Source of the DNA: an uncultured Chromatium sp.
GTDB taxonomy: Bacteria > Pseudomonadota > Gammaproteobacteria > Chromatiales > Chromatiaceae
Direction: 5' to 3'
Assembly: GCA_903897335.1 (NCBI GenBank)
Contig: CAIUAY010000034.1
Coordinates: 1 to 59,754 of the forward strand
Length of the DNA: 59,754 nt
Of the stretch, positions 29,358 through 38,708 are shown piece after piece; position 1 is the stretch's first letter; each line of letters starts with the position of its first letter. The translations under genes and the position numbers were made by a program. The notes under the pieces are model-generated. The model was not told the DNA's origin, made no database searches, and saw nothing but the letters and a program-made list of their open reading frames with translations.

Positions 29358-31168
29358 ACTTCACCTCCTTTATGGATGAAAGCAACTGTCAGCGCCGCGA
29401 CCGCTGATCTAAGCGTCTCGCTTGAAAACGTGTGATTCGCCTGCTCAATGATTCGGCGCTGCAAACCCTGGCGGGAACAGGCGGCTTTCCAGTGACGATC
29501 CCGCTCGATCAGCGACTGAAATTCCTGTGCAGTCAGATCATTCCCACTCAAAATCAGCAGAATCTCGCCCTGAAAACCGCGCAATCCACGCAACATTCTG
29601 CCGATGAACTCTGGCGCGACCGCTGCCATCCGGTCTGCCGTCGCCACAGTCGGCGGTGCTGTTTCCGCATCCACCGGAATCGCCGTTGCCCGCACTGAGT
29701 CAAACAGATCGCGCAGCGACGCCAGCACGCCAAAGCGTCCGGACACAAGTTTTAGCCACAGCGATGGCTGCATCAAACGCCGCCAGTAATAATGCGTCAG
29801 CCGCACCCGTGCCGCTGCCGCCTCGGTATGCACCCAGGGATTCAGCAGAATCAACCCGCTGATGCGCGGATCGCGGTGCGCATAGATTAAGGCCGCAGAC
29901 GCCGCGTCACACAGACCCCAGATGATCACAGAACGTAACCCAGGAACCTGATCCATCAGCGCATCGATGGCGGCTGCAATGTCAGCATCAACCTGATCAA
30001 ATGGACGTTGATCACCCTCGCTATCGCCCATCCCACGATAATCGAAGCGCAGACTCGCAATCCCGACCTCCGCCAGATCACGCGCCAACAGGGTAAATTG
30101 ACGATGACTTCCCGCCCGATATTGCGACCCGCCAACCACGATCAAAACCCCTGTCGTGGCGGGCTGTTCAGCCGGACTCGCCATCACGCCAACCAAACGC
30201 TCATCCTGACAGTCGAACACCACCGGCCATTCCAACCACTCGCGCTTTAGCCCTTTGTTGCTGTAGTGATAAGTGAGAAAAGCCCCTCTCCCCAGCGGGG
30301 AGAGGGATTGGGGTGAGGGGATGAAGCTCAATGATCGCCACAGTCGTTCCATCGCATCCAGCGTCACATCCAGCAACGCAGGACATTCGGTAATTTCCTG
30401 TGTCGTCCAGAACGGTTCGCCCGTAACCCGCTCTGAAGACAGATTGCAACCCTGCTCAATCCACGCCTGCATGACGTTCTGGCTGGCCAGAGCAACCGGA
30501 TTTTGCACATCCGCAACCACATCGATCCAAGCCACTGGACAGGGTGGAACCATGCGTTCCAATCGCAACCCACCGATGGATTCAGCCAGCTCCGCAGCCA
30601 GCAGATAGCCTCCAACTTCGACCGGATCACCCGCCTTAAGCTGTTCGCGTAACTGGCGCGTTCCGGTATGTGCCTGTCCCTCGCTCAACATCTCGCTGGC
30701 AAGTTTGATGCGCAGAAACTGGTTGAGAAACAGCTCGCCGTTCGTCACCGGCTGCCACAACACGACACCCGCGATCCCGGCCAGCCGGGTAGACAAGTCA
30801 ACGGCAAGCGTCGCGCCCAACCGCAAGCCCCAGAGCCAGCATGGAACAGATACATCACGCTCACGCAACCACTGCAACGCACAGGTCGCATCCGCAATCC
30901 AGCGTTCCCAACCCGCATCATGAAAATCACCCCAGCTATCGCCACAGCCGGTCAGATCAACTTGCAGCACCGCGAAACCCGCCGCCGCCAGTTGACGCGC
31001 CTGCACGGCCACCATGCGCCGGGATTTGTGCATCTCCTCGGCAAAAGGATGCAGATAGAGGATTTGCCCACGAACCGGCTGATGTGTCGGCGTCAGATCA
31101 ATGCACAACAGCGAACCCGACTCAGTGGACAGAAACAACGGGGTGATGTTGACCTCGGTGCTGGTCAT
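29354..31168 (-). CDS. Fused exosortase-A-system-associated hydrolase 2 + hydrolase 1 (alpha/beta hydrolases)
   Basis: N-half has HPFAEEMHKSRR, WGLRLG and GEPFW; C-half has VGGSQYRAGSHRQF, WGLCDAA and LLNPWV. One 604-aa frame. Confidence 0.85.
   Translation of the reverse strand: MTSTEVNITPLFLSTESGSLLCIDLTPTHQPVRGQILYLHPFAEEMHKSRRMVAVQARQLAAAGFAVLQVDLTGCGDSWGDFHDAGWERWIADATCALQWLRERDVSVPCWLWGLRLGATLAVDLSTRLAGIAGVVLWQPVTNGELFLNQFLRIKLASEMLSEGQAHTGTRQLREQLKAGDPVEVGGYLLAAELAESIGGLRLERMVPPCPVAWIDVVADVQNPVALASQNVMQAWIEQGCNLSSERVTGEPFWTTQEITECPALLDVTLDAMERLWRSLSFIPSPQSLSPLGRGAFLTYHYSNKGLKREWLEWPVVFDCQDERLVGVMASPAEQPATTGVLIVVGGSQYRAGSHRQFTLLARDLAEVGIASLRFDYRGMGDSEGDQRPFDQVDADIAAAIDALMDQVPGLRSVIIWGLCDAASAALIYAHRDPRISGLILLNPWVHTEAAAARVRLTHYYWRRLMQPSLWLKLVSGRFGVLASLRDLFDSVRATAIPVDAETAPPTVATADRMAAVAPEFIGRMLRGLRGFQGEILLILSGNDLTAQEFQSLIERDRHWKAACSRQGLQRRIIEQANHTFSSETLRSAVAALTVAFIHKGGEV
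30283..30320. repeat. GC-rich REP-like palindromic element inside the hydrolase ORF
   Basis: CCCTCTCCCC-AGC-GGGGAGAGGG is a perfect 10-bp stem (30284-30306), followed by ATTGGGGTGAGGGG; encodes PSPQSLSPLGRG. Confidence 0.75.
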
Positions 31169-31422
31169 GCGATTCCGTCAAGTTTGCGCGTCACGAATTC
31201 AACCAGACTGCCGAGCGTCTCGAAACTGTCGGCAGTGATCTCGTCATCATCCACGCAAAAATCAAACTGCTCTTCCAGTGCGGTGATGAGGTTGACCACC
31301 GCCATCGAGTCCAGTTCCGGGATCGCGCCAAGCAGCGGCGAGTCGACATCGAGATCCGCGCCCCGACTCCCGAGTTGCAGAACGCGAACAAATAGCGTCT
31401 TGACTTGATCGAATATATTCAT
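31165..31422 (-). CDS. Acyl carrier protein (exosortase-A-system type)
   Basis: PLLGAIPELDSMAV with the phosphopantetheine Ser; acidic, 85 aa; ATGA overlap with the hydrolase. Confidence 0.9.
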   Translation of the reverse strand: MNIFDQVKTLFVRVLQLGSRGADLDVDSPLLGAIPELDSMAVVNLITALEEQFDFCVDDDEITADSFETLGSLVEFVTRKLDGIA

Positions 31423-31553
31423 AGCGTTGCGCAGATGATGGTAAAAGTATCGGGAATCGGCAGTATAAAAGGGTTTCCCAATTTTTGTGCAGACTGGTTT
31501 GTCGTCTTCCAAAGACGGGGGCATGCTGTGTTCCTACCATTAACTCGCTGCCG

Positions 31554-31583
31554 CTTGATTCTGTCCGCCCCTTTCCCCAATTT
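31554..31583 (+). promoter_or_regulatory. Putative sigma-32 (RpoH) promoter of clpB
   Basis: CTTGAT-N15-CCCCAATT, close to the CTTGAA...CCCCATNT consensus, about 40 nt upstream of clpB. Confidence 0.6.
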
Positions 31584-31621
31584 GAACGAATCACCCTAAA
31601 GAACGAATGGAGTTGATTGCC

Positions 31622-34219
31622 GTGAGACAGGACAAGCTGACCGCAAAATTTCAGATGGCGCTGGCAGACGCGCAAAGCCTGGCGCTAGGGCGTGACCATC
31701 AGTTCATCGAACCCGTGCATCTCATGGTGGCGCTGCTCGATCAGGAGGGTGGCAGCGTTCGCCATCTGCTGACCCGCGCTGATGTTAACGCCAACCGGCT
31801 GCGCTCGGCGCTCGGCGAGGCGCTCGACCGGCTGGCGACCGTGCAGGGCGCGGGCGGCGATGTGCATCTTGGCAACGACCTCAATCGCCTGCTGAATCTG
31901 ACCGACAAGCTCGCCCAGCAGCGCAACGATCAGTACATCTCGTCTGAATTGTTCGTGCTGGCGGCACTCGACGACAAGGGCGTGTTGGGCGCGGCGCTGC
32001 GCGAGGCGGGCGCGAGCAAAAGCGCACTTGAAAAAGCCATTGGCGAGGTGCGCGGCGGGCAGGCGGTCAACGATCCAAACGCCGAGGAACAGCGTCAGGC
32101 ACTCCAGAAGTACACCATTGATCTGACCGAACGCGCCGAACAGGGCAAGCTCGATCCAGTGATCGGGCGCGATGACGAGATCCGCCGCACGATTCAGGTG
32201 TTGCAACGGCGCACCAAGAACAACCCGGTTCTGATCGGCGAACCTGGCGTGGGGAAGACCGCGATTGTCGAAGGTCTGGCACAGCGCATCGTCAACGGCG
32301 AAGTGCCGGAAGGGCTTAAAACCAAGCGGCTCTTGTCGCTGGACATGGCCGCGCTGATCGCCGGGGCGAAATTTCGCGGCGAGTTCGAGGAGCGCCTCAA
32401 GGCGGTGCTGAACGACATTGGCCGTCAAGAGGGGCAGGTCATCCTCTTCATCGACGAGCTGCATACCATGGTTGGCGCAGGCAAGGCCGAGGGATCGATG
32501 GATGCCGGCAACATGCTCAAGCCCGCGCTGGCGCGGGGTGAGCTGCACTGTGTCGGCGCGACCACGCTGGATGAATATCGCAAATATGTCGAAAAGGACG
32601 CTGCGCTGGAGCGACGCTTCCAGAAAGTGCTGGTGGATGAGCCAAATGTCGAGGACACCATCGCCATCCTGCGCGGACTGAAAGAACGCTACGAAGTGCA
32701 TCATGCTGTCGAGATTACCGATCCGGCGATTGTCGCCGCCGCCGTGCTGTCGCATCGCTATATCGCTGACCGGCAACTCCCGGACAAGGCGATCGATCTG
32801 ATCGACGAAGCGGCCTCGCAGATTCGCATGGAAATCGATTCCATGCCGGAAGAAATGGACAAGCTCGACCGGCGTCTGATCCAGCTCAAGATCGAACGCG
32901 AGGCGGTGAAGAAGGAAACCGACGAGGCATCGCGCAAGCGTCTAACCGATCTCAAGGGTCAGATCGAGCGGCTCGAACGCGAGTTCGCCGATCTCAACGA
33001 GATCTGGAAATCCGAAAAGGCCGCCAGTCAGGGTACTGCACACATCAAGGAAGCGCTGGATCGGGTGCGGCTGGACATGGAGACCGCGCGGCGGGCAGGC
33101 GACTGGGCGCGGATGTCCGAACTCCAGTACGGACGTATCCCGGAACTGGAAAAACAGTTGGTCACGGCAGGGGAGGGCAGCCAGGGAGACAATCGTCTGC
33201 TGCGCACCAAGGTCACGGAGGAAGAGATCGCCGACATCGTGTCCAAATGGACTGGCATCCCGGTGTCGCGGATGCTCGAAGGCGAACGCGACAAACTGCT
33301 GCGGATGGAAACTGAGATCGAGCGCCGTGTCGTTGGCCAGACCGAAGCGGTGCGTTCGGTCAGCGATGCCGTGCGCCGGTCACGGGCGGGTCTGTCCGAT
33401 CCAGGACGACCCATCGGCTCATTCCTGTTTCTCGGCCCAACTGGCGTCGGCAAGACCGAACTCTGCAAGGCACTGGCCAGCTTCCTGTTCGATACCGAAG
33501 AGGCGATGGTGCGCATCGACATGTCCGAGTTCATGGAGCGGCATTCGGTGGCGCGCATGATCGGCGCACCGCCCGGCTATGTCGGCTACGAGGAAGGTGG
33601 TTATCTGACCGAGGCGATCCGCCGTCGCCCATACAGCCTGATCCTGCTCGATGAAGTCGAAAAGGCGCACCCGGACGTGTTCAACGTGCTGCTTCAGGTA
33701 CTTGATGACGGTCGGCTCACTGACGGTCAGGGGCGCACCGTGGACTTCCGCAACACCGTGATCGTGATGACCTCCAATCTCGGTTCCAGCATCATCCAGC
33801 AACAGGCTGGCGAGGCAAACTATGCGACGATGAAAGCTGCCGTGATGGAGGAGGTGCGTCATGCTTTCCGCCCCGAATTCATCAACCGGCTCGATGAAAT
33901 CGTCGTCTTCCATCCGCTGCAGCCGGCGCAGATTCGCGCCATCGCCCGGATTCAAATCGACTTTCTCAAGCAACGTCTGGCTGATCGGGACATGCGTCTC
34001 GACGTGAACGACAGCGCGCTGGATCATCTCGGCAAGGCTGGTTTCGATCCGGTCTACGGTGCCCGCCCGCTCAAACGCGCTATTCGCGCCCAGCTCGAAA
34101 ATCCGCTGGCGCAGGAGATTCTCTCCGGAAAATTCGCCCCTGGCGATCTGATCGAGGTCGGCTTGAAAGATGGGCAACTCACCTTTGAGCGGATATTGCA
34201 GGGCGAGTTGGTGGAGTGA
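31622..34219 (+). CDS. clpB: ATP-dependent chaperone ClpB
   Basis: Two AAA+ domains ([16 protein letters not shown]) and a coiled-coil middle domain; GTG start (MRQDKLT) after GGAG. Confidence 0.97.
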   Translation: MRQDKLTAKFQMALADAQSLALGRDHQFIEPVHLMVALLDQEGGSVRHLLTRADVNANRLRSALGEALDRLATVQGAGGDVHLGNDLNRLLNLTDKLAQQRNDQYISSELFVLAALDDKGVLGAALREAGASKSALEKAIGEVRGGQAVNDPNAEEQRQALQKYTIDLTERAEQGKLDPVIGRDDEIRRTIQVLQRRTKNNPVLIGEPGVGKTAIVEGLAQRIVNGEVPEGLKTKRLLSLDMAALIAGAKFRGEFEERLKAVLNDIGRQEGQVILFIDELHTMVGAGKAEGSMDAGNMLKPALARGELHCVGATTLDEYRKYVEKDAALERRFQKVLVDEPNVEDTIAILRGLKERYEVHHAVEITDPAIVAAAVLSHRYIADRQLPDKAIDLIDEAASQIRMEIDSMPEEMDKLDRRLIQLKIEREAVKKETDEASRKRLTDLKGQIERLEREFADLNEIWKSEKAASQGTAHIKEALDRVRLDMETARRAGDWARMSELQYGRIPELEKQLVTAGEGSQGDNRLLRTKVTEEEIADIVSKWTGIPVSRMLEGERDKLLRMETEIERRVVGQTEAVRSVSDAVRRSRAGLSDPGRPIGSFLFLGPTGVGKTELCKALASFLFDTEEAMVRIDMSEFMERHSVARMIGAPPGYVGYEEGGYLTEAIRRRPYSLILLDEVEKAHPDVFNVLLQVLDDGRLTDGQGRTVDFRNTVIVMTSNLGSSIIQQQAGEANYATMKAAVMEEVRHAFRPEFINRLDEIVVFHPLQPAQIRAIARIQIDFLKQRLADRDMRLDVNDSALDHLGKAGFDPVYGARPLKRAIRAQLENPLAQEILSGKFAPGDLIEVGLKDGQLTFERILQGELVE

Positions 34220-34275
34220 TCGCTCGCCAGTCATCCTTGAAATCATCTGACAGACACCCCGAAGGCGCCAAGCCG

Positions 34276-35238
34276 ATGAGCCAAACACTCCAAACCGCCA
34301 TCGCCCGTCAGCGTCTGCTGTTGCAGGCACAACTTGCCGGTCTGCTCGAACGCCTCGTCGGTCACTGCCGCGCCGTCTGGCCTGATCGCGCCAGTCTGGA
34401 GCGGATTCTCGACGATGCGCTGCCTAACCTGCCATCCTGCAAATATCTCTATGTGCTCGACCGCGATGCGATCCAGTTAACTGCCAATCTTTCGCCCCAG
34501 GGCTGGCTTTCCGAACATCTGGGGCGCAACCGGCGCGAGCGCCCGTATCTGGCGGAGGCGCTCGCCGGCGCACGGTTTTCGCTGTCGCCGGTCTATCTCA
34601 GCCGCAACGCGCGGCGACCCTCGCTGACCGCCATCCAGCGCATCGACGATGCAGTGGGCGATCTGCTCGGTTTTCTAGGAGCTGACTTCGACCTGCGTGA
34701 ACTGCCATTGACTCGCGAGATCGACCAGCCGCCGCAACACTGGCTGCAACTCAAGGGCGATCCGGCGATCCGTGGCGGACTGTTTCAGCAGCAGCGAGTG
34801 GAAAGTCTGATGGATCGTCGGATCGACGAAATTCTGGATCTGCTGGTCGAGCTGGTCGCCGCGCATGGCGTGTTTCATGGCAAGCTGCATTTCTCCAGTT
34901 CGCGTGCGACCCTGTGGCTGATCGATGATCCGTTCCGCTTCCGTCTGCTGGACTATGAGGATCTAGCTAATCCTGGCATCTGTCTGACCTATCCCCGGCA
35001 AGCCTATCCGGCGGATGCCGCGATCCCACTGGCGTCCATCCGCGAGGTGTTTAAGATGTTCAGCGCGTTGCGTTTCATGGATGACACCATCTATCTGCGC
35101 TCAGGTTCGCTGAACATCTTTAACGGCATCGTCGGGCTGAATTTTTCATGCGACGGCTCGCATTACATGCGCTGGGATGACTTTCTGCACAAAAGCCTGG
35201 GATTCTGGCTGGGAACCGGCGAAACCTGTGCGTTCTGA
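34276..35238 (+). CDS. Soluble PDC/Cache-like domain protein with unknown C-terminal domain
   Basis: YLYVLD...RRERPY...LSPVYLS...LTAI...GFLGADF Cache-like pattern; no transmembrane segment seen; alternative GTG start at 34216. Confidence 0.7.
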   Translation: MSQTLQTAIARQRLLLQAQLAGLLERLVGHCRAVWPDRASLERILDDALPNLPSCKYLYVLDRDAIQLTANLSPQGWLSEHLGRNRRERPYLAEALAGARFSLSPVYLSRNARRPSLTAIQRIDDAVGDLLGFLGADFDLRELPLTREIDQPPQHWLQLKGDPAIRGGLFQQQRVESLMDRRIDEILDLLVELVAAHGVFHGKLHFSSSRATLWLIDDPFRFRLLDYEDLANPGICLTYPRQAYPADAAIPLASIREVFKMFSALRFMDDTIYLRSGSLNIFNGIVGLNFSCDGSHYMRWDDFLHKSLGFWLGTGETCAF

Positions 35239-35267
35239 TCGAAAAGACCGAAGTCTGGATTTTCCGT

Positions 35268-36146
35268 TCAGCGACGCACACCCAGGCGCTGACCTAGACG
35301 CACCGTCTGACCGGGAACCAGTCCCGGCTCCCATTCCACCTTGCCGGGCGGAAACAGCAGGATCACGGTCGATCCCAGGTTGAAGCGACCCATCTCGGCG
35401 CCGCGTTCCAGGCGTGGCGGGTTGGCATCGTTCTCATAATCCTGGTGCTGGAGTGTGCGACCGCTGTGTGGCGGCGTGATCTCGCCAGTCCAAACGGTCT
35501 CGATTCCGCCGACAAAGATCGCGCCCACCAGCACCATCGCCATCTCGTCTGCGGCAGTCGTAAACTGGCAAATGACGCGCTCATTGCGGGCGAACAGTCC
35601 CGGCACCAGTCTGGCAGTCATCGGGTTGACGCTGAAGAGACGCCCCGGCACATAGGTCATGGTGACCAGCGTGCCAGTCAGTGGCATGTGGATACGGTGG
35701 TAATCGCTCGGTGACAGATAGATAGTGACGAAACTGCCCCTCTCGAACGGATGCGCCATGCCAGTCGCCAGACCCAGCAGCTCACGCACCCCATAGTCCC
35801 GTCCCTTGGCCTGGATCAGTCGCCCCGACGTGATCTCGCCAATCTGGCTGACGGCGCCGTCTACTGGACAGAGAACCGCCTGCGAATCGGGATCCAGCGG
35901 ACGCGCTCCGGGTCGCAGTGCGCGGGTAAAGAAGGCGTTGAAATGCGGATAGGCGGACAGGTCTGGTTCGAGCGCCTGGGTCATGTCGATCTGATAGAGC
36001 CGCACGAAGCGCTGGATCAGAGCATCCTTGAGCGGCCGCCAGCGCAGACGCGCCAGCCGGTGCATCAGGGTCGAAAGCCCATGCTGAGGCAGCAGATACT
36101 GTAGCGCGACGAACAGCTGTGCGGATGGGGCAGGGTGCTGGATCAT
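35268..36146 (-). CDS. psd: Phosphatidylserine decarboxylase proenzyme
   Basis: FNAFFTR, YLSPSDYHRIH, ARNER and the LGST cleavage motif. Confidence 0.95.
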   Translation of the reverse strand: MIQHPAPSAQLFVALQYLLPQHGLSTLMHRLARLRWRPLKDALIQRFVRLYQIDMTQALEPDLSAYPHFNAFFTRALRPGARPLDPDSQAVLCPVDGAVSQIGEITSGRLIQAKGRDYGVRELLGLATGMAHPFERGSFVTIYLSPSDYHRIHMPLTGTLVTMTYVPGRLFSVNPMTARLVPGLFARNERVICQFTTAADEMAMVLVGAIFVGGIETVWTGEITPPHSGRTLQHQDYENDANPPRLERGAEMGRFNLGSTVILLFPPGKVEWEPGLVPGQTVRLGQRLGVRR

Positions 36147-36769
36147 CTCAGTGATTCACTGGGATGCGCCGGGGCATCAGTCGGCGCGGGCGGATTGGTG
36201 GCGCCATCACTCTGGGTCGCGCCGGTGCCCAACATTCCAAACTTAACGTTGCCCGGTACCTCGAAATGCAGTTCCGGCCACATCGCCAGACCCTTGGCGG
36301 CCGAGACGGTGCCGCCGCCGCTTTCGTCGGTGCTGGTTCCGCTCAGCGCGGTGCGCACGATCATGGCGCTTTCGCCGGTGATTCCGGCCAGCTTGCCGGT
36401 ACCACCGGTCAGCGTAAAGGTGCCCTTGCAGGAGCCGGGTTGTCCGTTGCAGTTGAATTCTGAATACACATAGTCGCCGGTCGGGCTTTCGATGGTGCAG
36501 TAGCCGTGGCTTTGCATTTCGTTGTTGAGAATGTGCATGATCTGGGTCGAGGGACAGATAAACAGTGCGGTATCCAGTAGACCATCGCCATTCTCGATAT
36601 ACATAATGCCTTCGAAGGTGCCAATGAACTGGAGCTTGTCGACGGCAACCTGATAGATGTGCCCGTTGGCTTCCCAGGGCGCGAGGATCTTGGCCGTGCC
36701 GACCTCGGCGGATAGTGGCGGTGCCAGACTCAGTAGGATGGCAGGCAGTGCAGAAGCCAGACGGCGCAT
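36143..36769 (-). CDS. Exported hypothetical protein
   Basis: Signal peptide, beta-rich, 4 Cys, TGGTGKLAGITG motif; ATGA overlap with psd. Confidence 0.75.
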   Translation of the reverse strand: MRRLASALPAILLSLAPPLSAEVGTAKILAPWEANGHIYQVAVDKLQFIGTFEGIMYIENGDGLLDTALFICPSTQIMHILNNEMQSHGYCTIESPTGDYVYSEFNCNGQPGSCKGTFTLTGGTGKLAGITGESAMIVRTALSGTSTDESGGGTVSAAKGLAMWPELHFEVPGNVKFGMLGTGATQSDGATNPPAPTDAPAHPSESLR

Positions 36770-36881
36770 TCAGATTCTCCGACAGGTGACAGCGGTCATG
36801 TGAGGAATTCTGGAGCGTCCACCAGGCGGCGTTGACGTGTCCAGGTTGCATTATTCTACTTTGCCATGAAGGATTTGAGCC

Positions 36882-38708
36882 ATGCAGGATTTTTGCGGTT
36901 GGTTGATCCCGGAACCACAGTCTGAACCCGAGATCCACGCGATGCTCGACCGGATGGGTCGTGCCGATGCGACACATCGCTGTCTGCATCCGCAGGCCGT
37001 CGTGGCGGCGGCGGTTGCTGGCGGCAACACCAGCGTGGCAGAACAGGACGATCTGCTGGCGGTCATCGTCGGTCGCCCTCGCATCGCGGGGATTCATGCC
37101 GAAGAAACGCCTGCCGAGGCCGTGCTGCGTCTCTGGCCAACCCAGGGTCGTTCACTGCCAGGTCAGATCCAAGGCAATTTCGCGCTGGCCATCATCGACA
37201 CCCGTGAACAGGCGACCTTTCTCGCCATCGATCGCGTTGGCATCCAGACGCTTGCCTTTGCCGTCAGTCAGGATCGGGGCACGGTCTTTGCCAACCGCGC
37301 TGACGTGGTCGCCGCCCATCCCCGCGTATCGGCTGGCCTGGACATGCAGGGAATCTTCAACTATCTCTATTTTTTCGTGGTGCCAGCACCCACTGCGATT
37401 TTTCAAGGTGTGACGAAACTTTTGCCGGGTGAGTGGGCATCTGTACACGATGGCGTGGTCGAACGCGGTTTTTACTGGCATTTGCATTACCACGACGCGC
37501 CACGTCACGACTTCAAGGCGCAATCTGCCCGTTTCCGGCAACTGCTTCGGGAAAGCGTGGCACGGGCGCAAGGCGGCGACACGGTGGCCGCCTTTCTCTC
37601 TGGCGGCACCGACAGCTCGACCGTAGCCGGTGTTCTCACCGAGATCCAAGGTCAACCGGCGCGCACGTATTCAATTGGGTTTGCAGCGGATGGTTTCGAC
37701 GAAATGGAATACGTGCGGATCGCAGCGCGTCATTTCGGGCTGGATTCACATGAATACTATCTCACGCCAGACGATGTCCTGACCGCTATCCCGGTCATTG
37801 CTCGCCATTATGATGAACCCTTTGCCAATGAATCGGCGGTGGCGGCTTATTTTTGCGCAAAGCTGGCTGGCGCTGACGGCTATCGCATCATGCTCGGCGG
37901 CGACGGCGGCGACGAGATTTTTGGCGGCAATCAGCGCTATGCGACGCAGCGGATCTTCGAGCATTACCAACTGATTCCAGAACGGCTGCGGCGAGGTTTG
38001 ATCGAACCGCTAGCCGGTCTGCCCGGAATGGAGCGCCTGCTCCCGACACGCAAGCTCCAGCGTTATGTGCAGCAGGCGAAGGTTCCGCTACCCGAACGTT
38101 TGGAGTCCTATAACTTCATTTATCGCCAGCCGCTCACCGAAATGTTCGAGCCTGATTTTCTCGCCCAAATCGATCCCGGAGTTCCGGCGCGGCTCCTGAA
38201 AGACCCCTATGACCGTGCTGACAGCCATCACTTCATCAACCGCATGTTGCATCTGGACATCAAGTTCACGCTTGCCGATAACGATCTGCGAAAGGTGACG
38301 CGGATGGTCGAAGCCGCCGGGCTGGAAGCGCGCTATCCGCTGCTTGACGATGCGATGATAGACTTTTCCGGCGAGGTGCCACCCGACTGGAAGGTCAGGG
38401 GACAGTATCTACGCTGGTTTTTCAAGAAATCACTCAAAGGCTATCTGCCTGACGCCATCATCAACCGCAAGAAGCATGGTTTTGGGCTGCCATTTGGTCT
38501 CTGGCTGCATGAACACGCCCCGCTGCGTGAACGGCTCCATGACCGGCTGGCGGACGTCAGTCGCCGGGGCTGGCTGCGACCGGATTATATTGCGCGTATC
38601 CAGGCCGGACACCAGCACGAACACGCCACCTATTTTGGCCGGATGCTGTGGCTGCTGCTCACGCTGGAAGAATGGCTGGAGGCGCACGGGATGCAGCGGT
38701 CAGGCTGA
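36882..38708 (+). CDS. Asparagine synthetase-like amidotransferase (EPS/exosortase-associated type)
   Basis: GNFA, IDRVG, FLSGGTDSS, GGDGGDEIFGG and KKHGFGLP motifs; Cys is at residue 5, not residue 2. Confidence 0.88.
   Translation: MQDFCGWLIPEPQSEPEIHAMLDRMGRADATHRCLHPQAVVAAAVAGGNTSVAEQDDLLAVIVGRPRIAGIHAEETPAEAVLRLWPTQGRSLPGQIQGNFALAIIDTREQATFLAIDRVGIQTLAFAVSQDRGTVFANRADVVAAHPRVSAGLDMQGIFNYLYFFVVPAPTAIFQGVTKLLPGEWASVHDGVVERGFYWHLHYHDAPRHDFKAQSARFRQLLRESVARAQGGDTVAAFLSGGTDSSTVAGVLTEIQGQPARTYSIGFAADGFDEMEYVRIAARHFGLDSHEYYLTPDDVLTAIPVIARHYDEPFANESAVAAYFCAKLAGADGYRIMLGGDGGDEIFGGNQRYATQRIFEHYQLIPERLRRGLIEPLAGLPGMERLLPTRKLQRYVQQAKVPLPERLESYNFIYRQPLTEMFEPDFLAQIDPGVPARLLKDPYDRADSHHFINRMLHLDIKFTLADNDLRKVTRMVEAAGLEARYPLLDDAMIDFSGEVPPDWKVRGQYLRWFFKKSLKGYLPDAIINRKKHGFGLPFGLWLHEHAPLRERLHDRLADVSRRGWLRPDYIARIQAGHQHEHATYFGRMLWLLLTLEEWLEAHGMQRSG

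Noticed and set aside
31685-34330. Long minus-strand ORFs (363 aa and 303 aa)
   Set aside because: Antisense shadows of clpB, expected from GC-rich codon bias; no motifs.
36243-37097. 284-aa minus-strand ORF
   Set aside because: Overlaps two better-supported genes; Arg/His-rich off-frame composition.
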